64,000 nucleotides of DNA, from positions 19,706 through 83,705 of the forward strand of contig DATKMD010000008.1 of NCBI GenBank assembly GCA_035542075.1, given 5' to 3'. Source of the DNA: Thermoanaerobaculaceae bacterium (GTDB lineage Bacteria > Acidobacteriota > Thermoanaerobaculia > Thermoanaerobaculales > Thermoanaerobaculaceae). Shown in pieces: positions 1 to 10,024 of the stretch. Made by a program: the position numbers and the translations under genes. Below the pieces are notes generated by a model. It was not told the origin of the DNA. It saw only the letters and a program-made list of their open reading frames with translations, and made no database searches. Within the stretch, counting starts at the first letter, position 1. Every line of letters starts with the position of its first letter.

Positions 1-239
1 GCGAGACCCAGGTCGTCGTCGACTCCAAGGCGCCCGAGAAGCCCAAGAGCACGACTTCGCTGGAGGACCGCCTGCAGGCGCTCGGCAAGGAAAAGGCCGA
101 TGCGCGAGCGAAGATGGAGGAGGCGATGCGGGCCGAGAAGGCAGGCGCCTCGATCCGCGAGGAGAAGTTCCGCAAGCTCCTCGAAGACGCAAAGGACGAG
201 CCCGTGACCAAACCCATTCGTGACGTGGATCTGGACTAG
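1..239 (+). CDS. Partial CDS (3' end, reading frame starts at nt 3); K/E/A-rich coiled-coil-like C-terminus, function unknown
   Basis: Open frame from the window edge to TAG at 237-239, with strong GC3 bias. Its stop overlaps the convergent Smr gene's stop in the palindrome CTAG (236-239). Confidence 0.4.
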   Translation, partial: ETQVVVDSKAPEKPKSTTSLEDRLQALGKEKADARAKMEEAMRAEKAGASIREEKFRKLLEDAKDEPVTKPIRDVDLD

Positions 240-544
240 CCGGGCGAGTCGGTGCTCGCTCGTTCCCCCGGCTCAAGCACGACCACGGTCGCGCCCCACC
301 CGCCTCGATCGGAGGGGGCATCGTATGCCCGGGCGACCCCGGGGAGGCGCGCGAGAAGGGCGTGGATGCGGGCCCTCTGGACGCCCCGGCCGCGGCCGTG
401 GATGAGCCTCACCTCCGAGAACCCCGCCGCGCGGGCGGCCCTCAGGTACTCCTCCACGACATCGGGGATCTCGCGGGGCGGGAAGCTGTGGAGGTCGAGC
501 GAGTCTTCGAGCGGGACCTCGACGGGAGCGTCATTCCCGTCCAT
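236..544 (-). CDS. Smr (small MutS-related) domain protein
   Basis: 102 aa. LDLHSF...EVRLIHGRGRGVQRARIHALL matches the Smr LDLHG...HGxG pattern. Confidence 0.8.
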   Translation of the reverse strand: MDGNDAPVEVPLEDSLDLHSFPPREIPDVVEEYLRAARAAGFSEVRLIHGRGRGVQRARIHALLARLPGVARAYDAPSDRGGWGATVVVLEPGERASTDSPG

Positions 545-827
545 GCCCGGACCTCGCCGTGCCGCGGCGCGCGAGCACCCAGAAACCGTAGACCCCCTCG
601 ATCAGAAGGACGGCCCGCACGACCTGCTCGGCGGGCGGGGCCGGGAGGCTCACCAGCAGGAGGCCCATCGCCACCGCGACCAGCGCCATGCCCGTCATGG
701 TCCATGGGAGCAGCGCGTCGATGATCACCCCTCTGCGCTTGTCCCACCACAGCAGCCCCGCCATGCCCCAACCGAGCACGAGCAGGGCGGGAAGAGAGAT
801 GGGCCACCCCACGGGCGCACCATACAT
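531..827 (-). CDS. Small integral membrane protein (about 98 aa, 3 predicted TM helices)
   Basis: Hydrophobic stretches WPISLPALLVLGWGMAGLLWW, ALLPWTMTGMALVAVAMGLLLV and VLLIEGVYGFWVL. Start placed at the internal ATG (MYGAPVGW) because the longer ORF overlaps the GT2 gene. 14-nt overlap with the smr start. Confidence 0.45.
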   Translation of the reverse strand: MYGAPVGWPISLPALLVLGWGMAGLLWWDKRRGVIIDALLPWTMTGMALVAVAMGLLLVSLPAPPAEQVVRAVLLIEGVYGFWVLARRGTARSGHGRE

Positions 828-874
828 CGTTGGCCGCGGCGCGACAAGCGCATCCGAACACCGGGAGGAGAGCG

Positions 875-1600
875 ATGGAAGCGGTGAAGGTCTCAGTTGT
901 GGTGCCCGTCTACAACGAGGAGAGCACGGTCGCACAGGTGCTCGACCGCGTCGCATGCGCCCCGTTCCCGGCCGACGTCGGCGAGGTGGAGATCGTTGCG
1001 GTCGATGACTGCTCGAGGGATGGCACCGCTGCGCGGCTGGAGGCCTACCGGCCCCCGGCGACTGGAAGACCGTGCCACTTCGCCTGGTACCGCCACGAGC
1101 GCAACCGCGGCAAGGGGGCGGGGCTGCAGACCGGCTTCGCCCACGCCGCCGGCGACGTGATAATCGTCCAGGATGCGGACCTGGAGTACGACCCCGGGGA
1201 CTACCCGGCGCTGCTAGCCCCGATCCTTTCGGGCAAGGCGGACGTCGTGTACGGGAGCCGCTTACTCTCAGGGCCGCACCGGGTGCTCTTCTTCTGGCAT
1301 TCCGTCGGCAACAGGTTCCTGACGATGCTTTCCAACGTTTTCACGGATCTTAACTTATCGGACATGGAGACCTGTTACAAGGTGTTCACTCGGAAGGTGA
1401 AGGACCGCCTCGTCATCACCTCCGAGCGGTTCGGCTTCGAGCCCGAGTTCACCGCCCGGGTGGCGCGGATGGGCGTGCGCGTCTACGAGGTGCCGATCTC
1501 GTACCACGGGCGGACCTACGCGGAGGGCAAGAAGATCGGTTGGAAGGACGGCTTCGAGGCCATCTGGTGCATCCTGAAGTTCAACCTGTGGGCGCGCTAG
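875..1600 (+). CDS. Family 2 glycosyltransferase (dolichyl/polyprenyl-phosphate sugar transferase-like)
   Basis: VVVPVYNEE, VAVDDCSRDGT and the IIVQDADLEYDP DxD motif. GGGAGGAG RBS lies 5 nt upstream of ATG 875. Confidence 0.85.
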   Translation: MEAVKVSVVVPVYNEESTVAQVLDRVACAPFPADVGEVEIVAVDDCSRDGTAARLEAYRPPATGRPCHFAWYRHERNRGKGAGLQTGFAHAAGDVIIVQDADLEYDPGDYPALLAPILSGKADVVYGSRLLSGPHRVLFFWHSVGNRFLTMLSNVFTDLNLSDMETCYKVFTRKVKDRLVITSERFGFEPEFTARVARMGVRVYEVPISYHGRTYAEGKKIGWKDGFEAIWCILKFNLWAR

Positions 1601-1705
1601 CCACGCCCGGTACGGACGTCTCCCGGATCGTCGGGCGGTCGGCGAACGCCGCCGTTTCGCGCCCGGCATGGGCGACCAAGGCAGCTTGAAGACGGAGCGC
1701 TGCCG

Positions 1706-2146
1706 CTATCCGGGGTACTTGCCGCAGATGTAGTCTTCGAGCTGGCGGATGTGGAACTCCTGGTTGCGGCTGATCCAGCGCACCAGGTCCCCGATCGAGA
1801 TCAGGCCCACCACCCGGCCCTCCGAGACCACCGGCAGGTGCCGGCACCGGCGCTCCGTCATCACGGCCATCGCCTCCTCGGCACGGGTCGAGGGCTCGAC
1901 GAAGACCACCTCCCTCGACATGACCTCCTCGATTCTGGTGGTCGCGGGGTCACGACCGGCCAGGATCACCCGGGTCATGAGGTCCCGCTCGCTGAAGATC
2001 CCCAGCGGATGGCCCGCCTCGCACACCATGAGGGCGCCGATCTGCTTGGTGGACATCAGCTCCACCGCGCCCAGGACGGTGGTGTCCGGCGGGGCGTGAT
2101 GGACGCTGGTGCCCTTCTCCTTGAGGATGTGAGCAATGGTATCCAA
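1706..2146 (-). CDS. CBS-pair domain protein
   Basis: 146 aa with two CBS repeats (GALMVCEAGHPLGIFSERDLM; RHLPVVSEGRVVGLISIGDLV). Confidence 0.85.
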   Translation of the reverse strand: MDTIAHILKEKGTSVHHAPPDTTVLGAVELMSTKQIGALMVCEAGHPLGIFSERDLMTRVILAGRDPATTRIEEVMSREVVFVEPSTRAEEAMAVMTERRCRHLPVVSEGRVVGLISIGDLVRWISRNQEFHIRQLEDYICGKYPG

Positions 2147-2185
2147 GGTTCCCCCCCGTGCACTGCTTTCCCTGCCGAGAAAATA

Positions 2186-4609
2186 TCACGAATCCGACCC
2201 GAGGGCGACGAAGAACGCGCGGACGTCAGCCGCCGGGTCCTCGCGCCGCAGCGAGGCCGGGTCACCGCCGGTCCAGTCGGTCGGCAGGAGCGAGACGTAG
2301 GGCTCGTTGAGGAAGCGCTTGCACACCAGCGCGATGACGCCGCGGTCCTCAGATGAGCGGATGAGCCGGCCCGCCGCCTGAATGACGCGTGTCATCCCGG
2401 GGATGAGGTAGGCGTACTCGAAGCCGCGCTCGTAGCGATCGTCGAAGTACACCTTCAGGAGCTCGCGCTCAGGACCCACCTGGGGGAGCGCGGGCGAGAC
2501 CACGATCACCTCGGACAGCATCTCGCCGGGGTAGTCCACCCCTTCCGCAAAGACGCCACCGAGAACGGCCATCAGCAGGACGGGCTCGTGGTTGGAACGC
2601 AGGCGTGCGAGCATCTCGCGCCGCAGCCTGTCGGAGTCGTCCCCCCTCTGCACCTCGACCCGATGTCCCGGGGCCAGCAGGCGGGAGGCCACCTCCTGGA
2701 GGAAGGCGTAGGAGGGAAAGAGCACGAGGGCGTTGCGTCCCTCGGGGGCAAACTCGGCAACCAGCTCCGCGATCCGTCCGTACCAGCGGTTGCGTGCCCG
2801 GTAGGTGGTGTCCACCTCGTCAACCGCGACGATGAGACGGTTCTCCCGCGGGAACGGGGAAGGAAGCGAGAGCGTGTCGGTCCGGTCCGGGTCGAAGCCC
2901 AGGAGATCTCGGTAGAATTCGAACGGCTCCAGGGTGGCGGACATGGCCACGCACCCGGCGGAGCGTCTCAGCACTGCGCCGGTGAAGCGCGCGGCGTCGA
3001 GGCAGAAGATCCGGAGCGCTTCCCCTTCGGGCGCGGCCGACGTGCGTTCCGCGAGGGGCACGAGCTCGCGTCCTCCGTCCTCGACCAGGTCGGTCACACG
3101 CGCGAGCGAGAGCAGGGTGTCGAGCACGGGGTCGCGCGCGAGCCACAATTCGGAGTCGCGCTTGAAGGTGAAGTAGGGCGCGATCAAGGCGTCGAGGGCG
3201 ATGCGAAACTCGGCAAGCGGCGCGGCCTCGAGGGGGATCCTGTTGCTCCCTTCGCGCGAGCCGAGGGCCTCCGCCACCCTGTCCGAGATCAGCCGGTCCA
3301 GTTCGCCGAGCAGGGAGTCGAGATCGCGGCAGACCCTGTGCCGGTGTCCCTCGACCAGCCGGCGCGCCTCTTGAACGGTCGCGCGCGAGAGGCGCGGGGA
3401 GTAATACTCGCGCGCGCGATCCACGAGGTTGTGGGCCTCGTCCACCACGAGGTAGGTGTCCTCAAGCGAACCCTCTCGGGCCAGGCCGAGCAGCGCGATG
3501 GTGGGGTCGAACACGTAGTTGTAGTCGCAAACCACTGCACTGGCCTCCTCCAGCAGCTCCAGGGAGACCTCGAACGGGCATACCTCCGCGGCGTGCGCGA
3601 CAGCGTAGATATTGTCCGGGTCGAGATGGGAACCGGAGGCGAGGAGGGCCGGCAGCACGCCCCGCTCGGCGAGCTTGCTCGCGTAGTCCCTGGCGTGCAG
3701 GCAGAACTCCTCGTGACAAACGACCTCGCGGTTGGCGCACATCTTGGCCTTGGCCCTGATCTGAATGGAGCGCCACCCGCCGATCTGCATCCGTTGGAGG
3801 GTCTGCACCGCGAGCTGTTGCTGAAGCGTCTTCGCGGTCAGAAAGGCGACCCGCCGACCGCTGGCCAGGGCAAGCTTGACGGCCGGGTAGAGGGCGGCGG
3901 CGGTCTTGCCGACACCGGTGGGTGCAGCGAGCAGGAGGTGACGGCCGGAGGCAAGCGCCTCCGCAACTGCCTCCATTGCCTCGTCTTGGACCGGGCGCGG
4001 GGCCTCAAAGGGGAAGGGCAGCTCTTGGGCGGCCTCGCGCCACGCCGCCCGGGTGGCCTCCCGGGCCCGCTCCGCGGCAACCAGCGCGTGCAGGCGGGCG
4101 CGGAGGTGGGCCGTGACCTCGCCTGGCGACCATGGCACGTCCTCCGTGCGGTACTGCTCGCCGCCGAGGTCAACCAGCAGCAGCCGGGCGGACGCTTCCC
4201 CGGAGGGGAACAGGCAGCAGGCGTAGATCCGCGCCTGCCAGCGGTAGCGCTCGAGCCGCTCGTTCGCGAACAGGCTCCGAAGCTCGCTTCGAAAGTGAAG
4301 AGTCTTGATCTCCTCGACGATGGGTCGGCCATCGCCACCCCGCGTGAGCGCGTCGGCACGCCCCAGGACACGCAACTCCCAGCTGTCGATCGAAAAACGG
4401 GTGTCAACGGCGACCTCGGTGGTGTAGTGTGCGTCGGCCGAGGCCCGCTGACCCTGCACGATCCGGTGGAGCTCGGCGCCAACCGAGAGGCGGGCCAACC
4501 CCTCCCCGGGGGCTCCGAGCCCGCCTCCCAGGGAATCGGGCAGGAGGTCGCGTACGGAGCAGGTCACCTGCCGCTTTTCCAGATCGATGCGAACCGCCAC
4601 CGCGGCCAT
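2186..4609 (-). CDS. ATP-dependent XPD/DinG (Rad3)-family Fe-S helicase with an N-terminal RecB/Cas4-like PD-(D/E)XK nuclease-type domain
   Basis: Walker A LLLAAPTGVGKT, DEAH box VVDEAHNL, VCDYNYVFDP, GGVFAEGVDYPG and motif VI QAAGRLIRS. Four Cys (C-x6-C-x4-C-x40-C) lie between Walker A and DEAH. The N-terminal ~190 aa carry GRADAL / VEEIKT (ExK) / QARIY (QxxxY). Confidence 0.8.
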   Translation of the reverse strand: MAAVAVRIDLEKRQVTCSVRDLLPDSLGGGLGAPGEGLARLSVGAELHRIVQGQRASADAHYTTEVAVDTRFSIDSWELRVLGRADALTRGGDGRPIVEEIKTLHFRSELRSLFANERLERYRWQARIYACCLFPSGEASARLLLVDLGGEQYRTEDVPWSPGEVTAHLRARLHALVAAERAREATRAAWREAAQELPFPFEAPRPVQDEAMEAVAEALASGRHLLLAAPTGVGKTAAALYPAVKLALASGRRVAFLTAKTLQQQLAVQTLQRMQIGGWRSIQIRAKAKMCANREVVCHEEFCLHARDYASKLAERGVLPALLASGSHLDPDNIYAVAHAAEVCPFEVSLELLEEASAVVCDYNYVFDPTIALLGLAREGSLEDTYLVVDEAHNLVDRAREYYSPRLSRATVQEARRLVEGHRHRVCRDLDSLLGELDRLISDRVAEALGSREGSNRIPLEAAPLAEFRIALDALIAPYFTFKRDSELWLARDPVLDTLLSLARVTDLVEDGGRELVPLAERTSAAPEGEALRIFCLDAARFTGAVLRRSAGCVAMSATLEPFEFYRDLLGFDPDRTDTLSLPSPFPRENRLIVAVDEVDTTYRARNRWYGRIAELVAEFAPEGRNALVLFPSYAFLQEVASRLLAPGHRVEVQRGDDSDRLRREMLARLRSNHEPVLLMAVLGGVFAEGVDYPGEMLSEVIVVSPALPQVGPERELLKVYFDDRYERGFEYAYLIPGMTRVIQAAGRLIRSSEDRGVIALVCKRFLNEPYVSLLPTDWTGGDPASLRREDPAADVRAFFVALGSDS

Positions 4610-4684
4610 TCTACGCGGTCGCCCTCACGCCCCGTCCGGCCGTCGCCGGCTCCAGCCGCGGGGTGGGTGCTTTGCCGAGGGGTG

Positions 4685-4713
4685 TGCACAGCGGGGACAT
4701 TGCGCACTACAAT
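4685..4713 (+). promoter_or_regulatory. Putative sigma70-type promoter for the DinB-family gene
   Basis: TGCACA (4685-4690), 17-nt spacer, TACAAT (4708-4713), in the divergent intergenic region between the helicase and DinB genes. Motif match only. Confidence 0.3.
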
Positions 4714-4812
4714 CGGCCAGTGGACTTCGCGCGGATGCGCTCCCGGCCGGAGCGCAGTGCGCGCCGTGGACCGGTGAGGGTCACGAGGCGACGAGCGACG
4801 GAAGGGGACGCA

Positions 4813-5511
4813 ATGGTTGATCCAAAGGAACCCAGGGACGCCTTGCAGGACCTGTTCCAGCTTTCGGGCCGGCGCCCGAGGGGTGGTGCACCGGGCGAGC
4901 ACTCGGGAGAGGTACTGGTGCCGCAGCTGCAGGACCTCGAATCCGAGTTCAGGGAGATCGGCCGGCAGCTCCGCACCGTCGCGGATGGTCTTTCGCACGA
5001 ACAGTTGAACTGGCGCCCGGGCTCTGGACAGTGGTCGATCGCGGAGTGCCTCGGGCACCTCAACATGATGGGTTCCGAGCCACTTGAGGCGATCGACGCG
5101 GGGATCCGGGAGGCCCGTACCAAGCAGTGGTACAGCCAGGGGCCTTTCCGTATCGGGTTCTTCGCCGACCGCCTTGTGCGTGCCACAGAGCCCCCGGCTC
5201 GCTGGAAACAGGAGGCGAGGCGCAAGTTCGTGCCCCCGTCAGACCAGCCGTTTGCCGCCGTGGTCCCGGCGGTCATCGACCTGCAGGAGCAGCTCATCGC
5301 TCGCTTGCGGTTGGCAAACGGTCTGAACCTGGGCCGCATCAAGATCCTGGCTCCGGGCCGCCCATTTCTTCGCTTGAACCTCTACGAGCTGTTCGTGTTC
5401 ATCGCGGCCCACGAGCGTCGGCATCTCGAGCAGGCGGTGCGCACCAGGCGGGACCGCATGCTCCCGAAGAGTGGCCCGGCCCGCCCGGGCGGCTCCCCGC
5501 AGCGCGCCTGA
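4813..5511 (+). CDS. DinB-family (DinB_2 four-helix-bundle) protein
   Basis: His triad context SIAECLGHLN ... AAHERRHLEQA. Start at ATG 4813 (MVDPKE); alternative ATG at 4735. Confidence 0.7.
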   Translation: MVDPKEPRDALQDLFQLSGRRPRGGAPGEHSGEVLVPQLQDLESEFREIGRQLRTVADGLSHEQLNWRPGSGQWSIAECLGHLNMMGSEPLEAIDAGIREARTKQWYSQGPFRIGFFADRLVRATEPPARWKQEARRKFVPPSDQPFAAVVPAVIDLQEQLIARLRLANGLNLGRIKILAPGRPFLRLNLYELFVFIAAHERRHLEQAVRTRRDRMLPKSGPARPGGSPQRA

Positions 5512-5542
5512 CGCGCCCGCCGCGCTCATAAGGGCTCTGCAA

Positions 5543-5965
5543 ATGGCACGGCCGACATCGCGCAGGACTGGCGGGGGCACCCAGCGCACCCGTGTGCACG
5601 GGGACGTCGGGGACGGCCGCCGGACCTGGGAGGCCGTCTATTCCCTCGTCCGCGACATACCCCGCGGCCGCGTCATGACGTACGGCCAGATCGCGGGACT
5701 GCTCGGTCATCTGCTCTCGCCGAAGGCCGTCGGTTGGGCAATGCACACCTGCCCCGAGGACGTGCCGTGGCAGAGGGTGGTGAACGCGTCGGGCGCGTGC
5801 TCCACGGACCGGCGCGGCGACCTGCCGCCGGGACTCCAGCGCGCATTGCTCGAGGGCGAAGGTGTGGAATTCCGCCTCGACGGGACCCTCGATTTGGCGC
5901 GTTACCGGTGGGAGCCCCCGGCGAGGCGCGTCAGGCTTCGGGGCAGGCTGAAGCAGCCGGGCTAG
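5543..5965 (+). CDS. Alkyltransferase-like (ATL) protein: MGMT DNA-binding domain lacking the acceptor cysteine
   Basis: GRVMTYGQIAGLLG helix-turn-helix. The active-site PCHRV is replaced by PWQRV (VPWQRVVNASG). The start is uncertain. Confidence 0.7.
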   Translation: MARPTSRRTGGGTQRTRVHGDVGDGRRTWEAVYSLVRDIPRGRVMTYGQIAGLLGHLLSPKAVGWAMHTCPEDVPWQRVVNASGACSTDRRGDLPPGLQRALLEGEGVEFRLDGTLDLARYRWEPPARRVRLRGRLKQPG

Positions 5966-5974
5966 AATTCGGCG

Positions 5975-6881
<907 letters not shown>

Positions 6882-6886
<5 letters not shown>

Positions 6887-7641
6887 ACGCGAGCCGACCG
6901 CCAAAACTCTCATGGGTATGGCTGGCTTTGAACGCTGGCTCCTGCCGTTGGTCCGAACGTCCGCGTTTGCTGGTGCGGCTCGCTCTGGTTCTGGCCCTCT
7001 TCCTGTCGCTCCCGTCGGCTGGGTTGGGCCAGTATCTGGCGGTATTCGTGGACGGCCGAATTCTGCCCGTGGTGGGCGCCCGCGTGATCGGGGAGACCCA
7101 AATCCGACTCGAGTTGAAGGGTGGCGGTTCGATCGAGGTTCCGCTCTCGCGCCTCGACCGCGTCATCGAGGACGAGGTGGAGGCCGCTCCGGAGACGATC
7201 CCGCCCCCTGCCTGCCGCCCAGGGTTCGAATCCCAACCGCTGCCGGCAGGGACGCCATTCGCCAAGGAGATCCTGAGCGCGAGCCGGAGCGCGGATCTGC
7301 ACCCGAGGCTCGTGGCCGCGGTCGTGGAGGCCGAGTCCGCCTTCAACCCGTATGCCGTATCGAGAGTCGGCGCCGGTGGCCTGATGCAGCTGATGCCTTC
7401 GGTTTGGCTCCCCCAGAGGGTGGCCAACCCCTACGACCCGAAGACCAACCTACGCCTGGGCTGCCGCCACTTGAAGGGGCTTCTGAAGCGGTTCGGGGAC
7501 CTCACGCTGGCGCTCGCCGCGTACAACGCGGGGGTGGCTACGGTCGAGAGAAGCGGTGGCATGCCGCCGTACCGTGAGACGCGCGACTTCGTGCGCCGGG
7601 TGCTCGCGCGCTTCTGTCCGGACCCGAGCAGGGCTTCGTGA
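6882..7641 (+). CDS. Lytic transglycosylase (SLT domain) with N-terminal signal/anchor
   Basis: [26 protein letters not shown] and [13 protein letters not shown] overlap with the xerD stop. Confidence 0.8.
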
Positions 7642-7654
7642 AAGCACCTATAAT
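7626..7654 (+). promoter_or_regulatory. Possible promoter of the nuoB operon (perfect -10, poor -35)
   Basis: TATAAT at 7649-7654, about 70 nt upstream of the nuoB ATG. There is no convincing -35 hexamer. Confidence 0.25.
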
Positions 7655-7724
7655 GCGCGCGCTTCCTGTGGTGGGGGAACAGCGAGGCGGAGATTCGCGG
7701 TTGTTCAAGGTGTGGGAGGGTGAG

Positions 7725-8309
7725 ATGGGTAGCCCGGAAGTCAAGTCGTCGCTGCCGGTTGTGGGGGGAGCTCACGGGTTGGCGGCAGCGGCACGGCAGC
7801 CCGATGGCAGCCAGGTCTTCCTGACGACGAGGCTGGAGAAGCTGCTGGATGCGGCGCGCAAGAACAGCCTCTGGCCTTTCCCGTTCGGTACGGCCTGCTG
7901 TGCAATCGAGTTCATGTCTTTCATGATGTCGCACTACGACATCTCGCGTTTCGGGGCCGAGGTCGTGCGCTTCTCGCCGCGCCAGTCGGACCTGCTGATC
8001 GTCGCGGGCACGGTGACCGACAAGATGGCCCCGGTCATGGTCCGGATCTACGAGCAGATGGCGGAGCCCAAGTACGTGATCTCGATGGGCGTATGCGCGT
8101 GCACGGGAGGGTTCTACCGTGCCTATCACGTGGTGCAGGGGATCGACGAGTTCATCCCGGTTGACGTCTACGTCCCGGGGTGCCCGCCCACGCCCGAGGC
8201 GTTGCTCCAGGGTGTGGTCAAGCTTCAGGAGATGATCTCGAACGGCGAGACGCACTACCAGCGGACGCTGGCCGCAAAGAGGGCCGAGAAAGCCCGAACC
8301 GGCGCGTGA
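7725..8309 (+). CDS. nuoB: NADH-quinone oxidoreductase subunit B (N2 cluster subunit)
   Basis: [20 protein letters not shown] and [19 protein letters not shown] precedes ATG 7725. Confidence 0.9.
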   Translation: MGSPEVKSSLPVVGGAHGLAAAARQPDGSQVFLTTRLEKLLDAARKNSLWPFPFGTACCAIEFMSFMMSHYDISRFGAEVVRFSPRQSDLLIVAGTVTDKMAPVMVRIYEQMAEPKYVISMGVCACTGGFYRAYHVVQGIDEFIPVDVYVPGCPPTPEALLQGVVKLQEMISNGETHYQRTLAAKRAEKARTGA

Positions 8310-8329
8310 CCGGGACCGAAGGGACGAGC

Positions 8330-10024
8330 ATGCCAAATCGAAACGCGAGGCTTGCCGCAATCCGGACGGTGTTCCCGGAGGGGGGCGGGGTCGTCGAGCT
8401 GCCCGGCGGCGACATGCAGACGTTCCGCGTGGAAAGAAAGGTGCTGCCGGACCTGGCGCGGTACCTCAAGGGCGACCCAACGCTGGACTTCAAGATGCTG
8501 CTCGATGTCTGCGGGGTCGACTACCCAGGGCGGGAGGAGCGGTTCGAGGTCGTCTATCACCTGATGTCGCTCGAGCACGGCCACCGGGTGAGGCTCAAGG
8601 TGCCGGTGGGTGAGGACGATCCGTTGGTGCCCTCCGTGTACGGGGTGTGGAAGGCCGCCGACTGGTTCGAGCGGGAGGCGTACGACATGTTCGGGGTCCG
8701 CTTCGAGGGCCACCCGAACCTGAAGCGGATCCTCTGTCACCCGGCGTTCCAGGGGCACGCGCTGCGCAAGGACTACGACCCCGGCCAACGCTGGCTGCTG
8801 CGCGAGAGCGAGCAGGACGAGCCGGCCTGGGCGAGGGAGGCCAAGGCAGACGAGGACCACTTCGAGACCCAGGTGCTCAACCTCGGGCCTTCGCACCCCG
8901 CGACGCACGGGACCCTCCGCACCGTGGTTCGGCTGGACGGTGAGGTGATCACGAAGGCCGAGACCGAGATCGGCTATCTGCACCGGTGCTTCGAGAAGAT
9001 GTCGGAGACCCATACCTGGAACCAGGTGATCCCGTACACCGATCGGCTCAACTATTGCTCGGCGATGATGAACGGCGTCGGATATGCGCTTGCGGTCGAG
9101 AAGATGCTGGGCGTGGAGGCGCCGCCGCGCGCCCAGGTGATCCGGCTGATCCTCTCGGAGCTCTCACGAATCATGGACCACATCGTCGATGTCGGGGCCA
9201 ACCTCAACGACATCGGAGCCATGACCCCCTTCCTGTACATGTACCAGGCGCGGGAGGAGCTCTACTCGGTACTCGAGGCCTGCTGCGGCAGCCGGCTCAC
9301 CATGTCGTACGTGCGGATCGGCGGTCTCTCGGCGGATGCCCCGCCCGACTTCGCGGATTCCGTTCGCTACCTCCTGAAGCGCATCCCAAAGCTGATCGAC
9401 GACATGGAAACCCTGATCACGGAGAACCGGATCTTCCGGGGTCGCACCGAGGGGGTGGGTGCAATCAGCGCGGACGATGCGGTGGACTGGGGCTGGACGG
9501 GGCCGTGCTTGCGAGCCACGGGCGTGGCCTACGACGTGCGCAAGGCGCACCCGTACCTCGGCTACGAGACGTACGACTTCAAGGTCCCGATCGCCCACGC
9601 CGGAGACACCTACGCGCGCTACCTCGTGAGGGTGGAGGAGATGCGTCAGTCGCTGCGGATCGTGGAGCAGGCGCTCGAGCGATTGCAGCCGGGCCCCGTC
9701 ATCACCGACAACCACAACGTCGCCCTGCCTCCCAAAGATGAGGTGTACACGGAGATGGAGTCCCTGATCTGGCACTTCAAGCTCATCATGGAGGGCATGA
9801 AGGTGCCTGCGGGCGAGAAGTACGGCTACACCGAAGCCGCGAACGGTGAGCTGGGCTACTACATCGTCTCCGACGGCGGCGGGCACCCGTACCGCATCAA
9901 GGTGCGGCCGCCGTGCTTCGCGATCTTCCAGGCCTTCCCGCACATCCTCGAGGGACACATGGTCGCGGACACCGTCGCCATCATGAGCAGCCTGAACATC
10001 ATCGCCGGGGAGCTCGACCGATGA
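8330..10024 (+). CDS. nuoCD: Fused NADH-quinone oxidoreductase subunits C and D
   Basis: NuoC part: WFEREAYDMFG and HPNLKRIL. NuoD part: LGPSHPATHGTLR ... IAGELDR. There are no NiFe ligand motifs (no RxCGxC, no DPCxxC). Confidence 0.9.
   Translation: MPNRNARLAAIRTVFPEGGGVVELPGGDMQTFRVERKVLPDLARYLKGDPTLDFKMLLDVCGVDYPGREERFEVVYHLMSLEHGHRVRLKVPVGEDDPLVPSVYGVWKAADWFEREAYDMFGVRFEGHPNLKRILCHPAFQGHALRKDYDPGQRWLLRESEQDEPAWAREAKADEDHFETQVLNLGPSHPATHGTLRTVVRLDGEVITKAETEIGYLHRCFEKMSETHTWNQVIPYTDRLNYCSAMMNGVGYALAVEKMLGVEAPPRAQVIRLILSELSRIMDHIVDVGANLNDIGAMTPFLYMYQAREELYSVLEACCGSRLTMSYVRIGGLSADAPPDFADSVRYLLKRIPKLIDDMETLITENRIFRGRTEGVGAISADDAVDWGWTGPCLRATGVAYDVRKAHPYLGYETYDFKVPIAHAGDTYARYLVRVEEMRQSLRIVEQALERLQPGPVITDNHNVALPPKDEVYTEMESLIWHFKLIMEGMKVPAGEKYGYTEAANGELGYYIVSDGGGHPYRIKVRPPCFAIFQAFPHILEGHMVADTVAIMSSLNIIAGELDR

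Noticed and set aside
2588-4777. 729-aa ORF on the plus strand antisense to the helicase gene
   Set aside because: The translation is Arg/Gly/Pro/Ala-rich and low in complexity, with no motifs. It is the mirror frame of a clearly real gene. Stop codons are rare in such frames of GC-rich DNA.
7221-7237. GGTTCGAATCC, the tRNA T-loop consensus
   Set aside because: The flanking bases cannot form a 5-bp T-stem (CAGGG versus CCCAA). No acceptor or anticodon arms are present. It lies inside the lytic transglycosylase CDS (..PGFESQP..).
8330-10024. Possibility that nuoB-nuoCD-nuoI encodes an Ech/Mbh-type energy-converting [NiFe] hydrogenase core
   Set aside because: The NuoD-like part lacks both Ni-Fe ligand motifs (N-terminal RxCGxC, C-terminal DPCxxC). 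No membrane subunits or maturation genes are adjacent.
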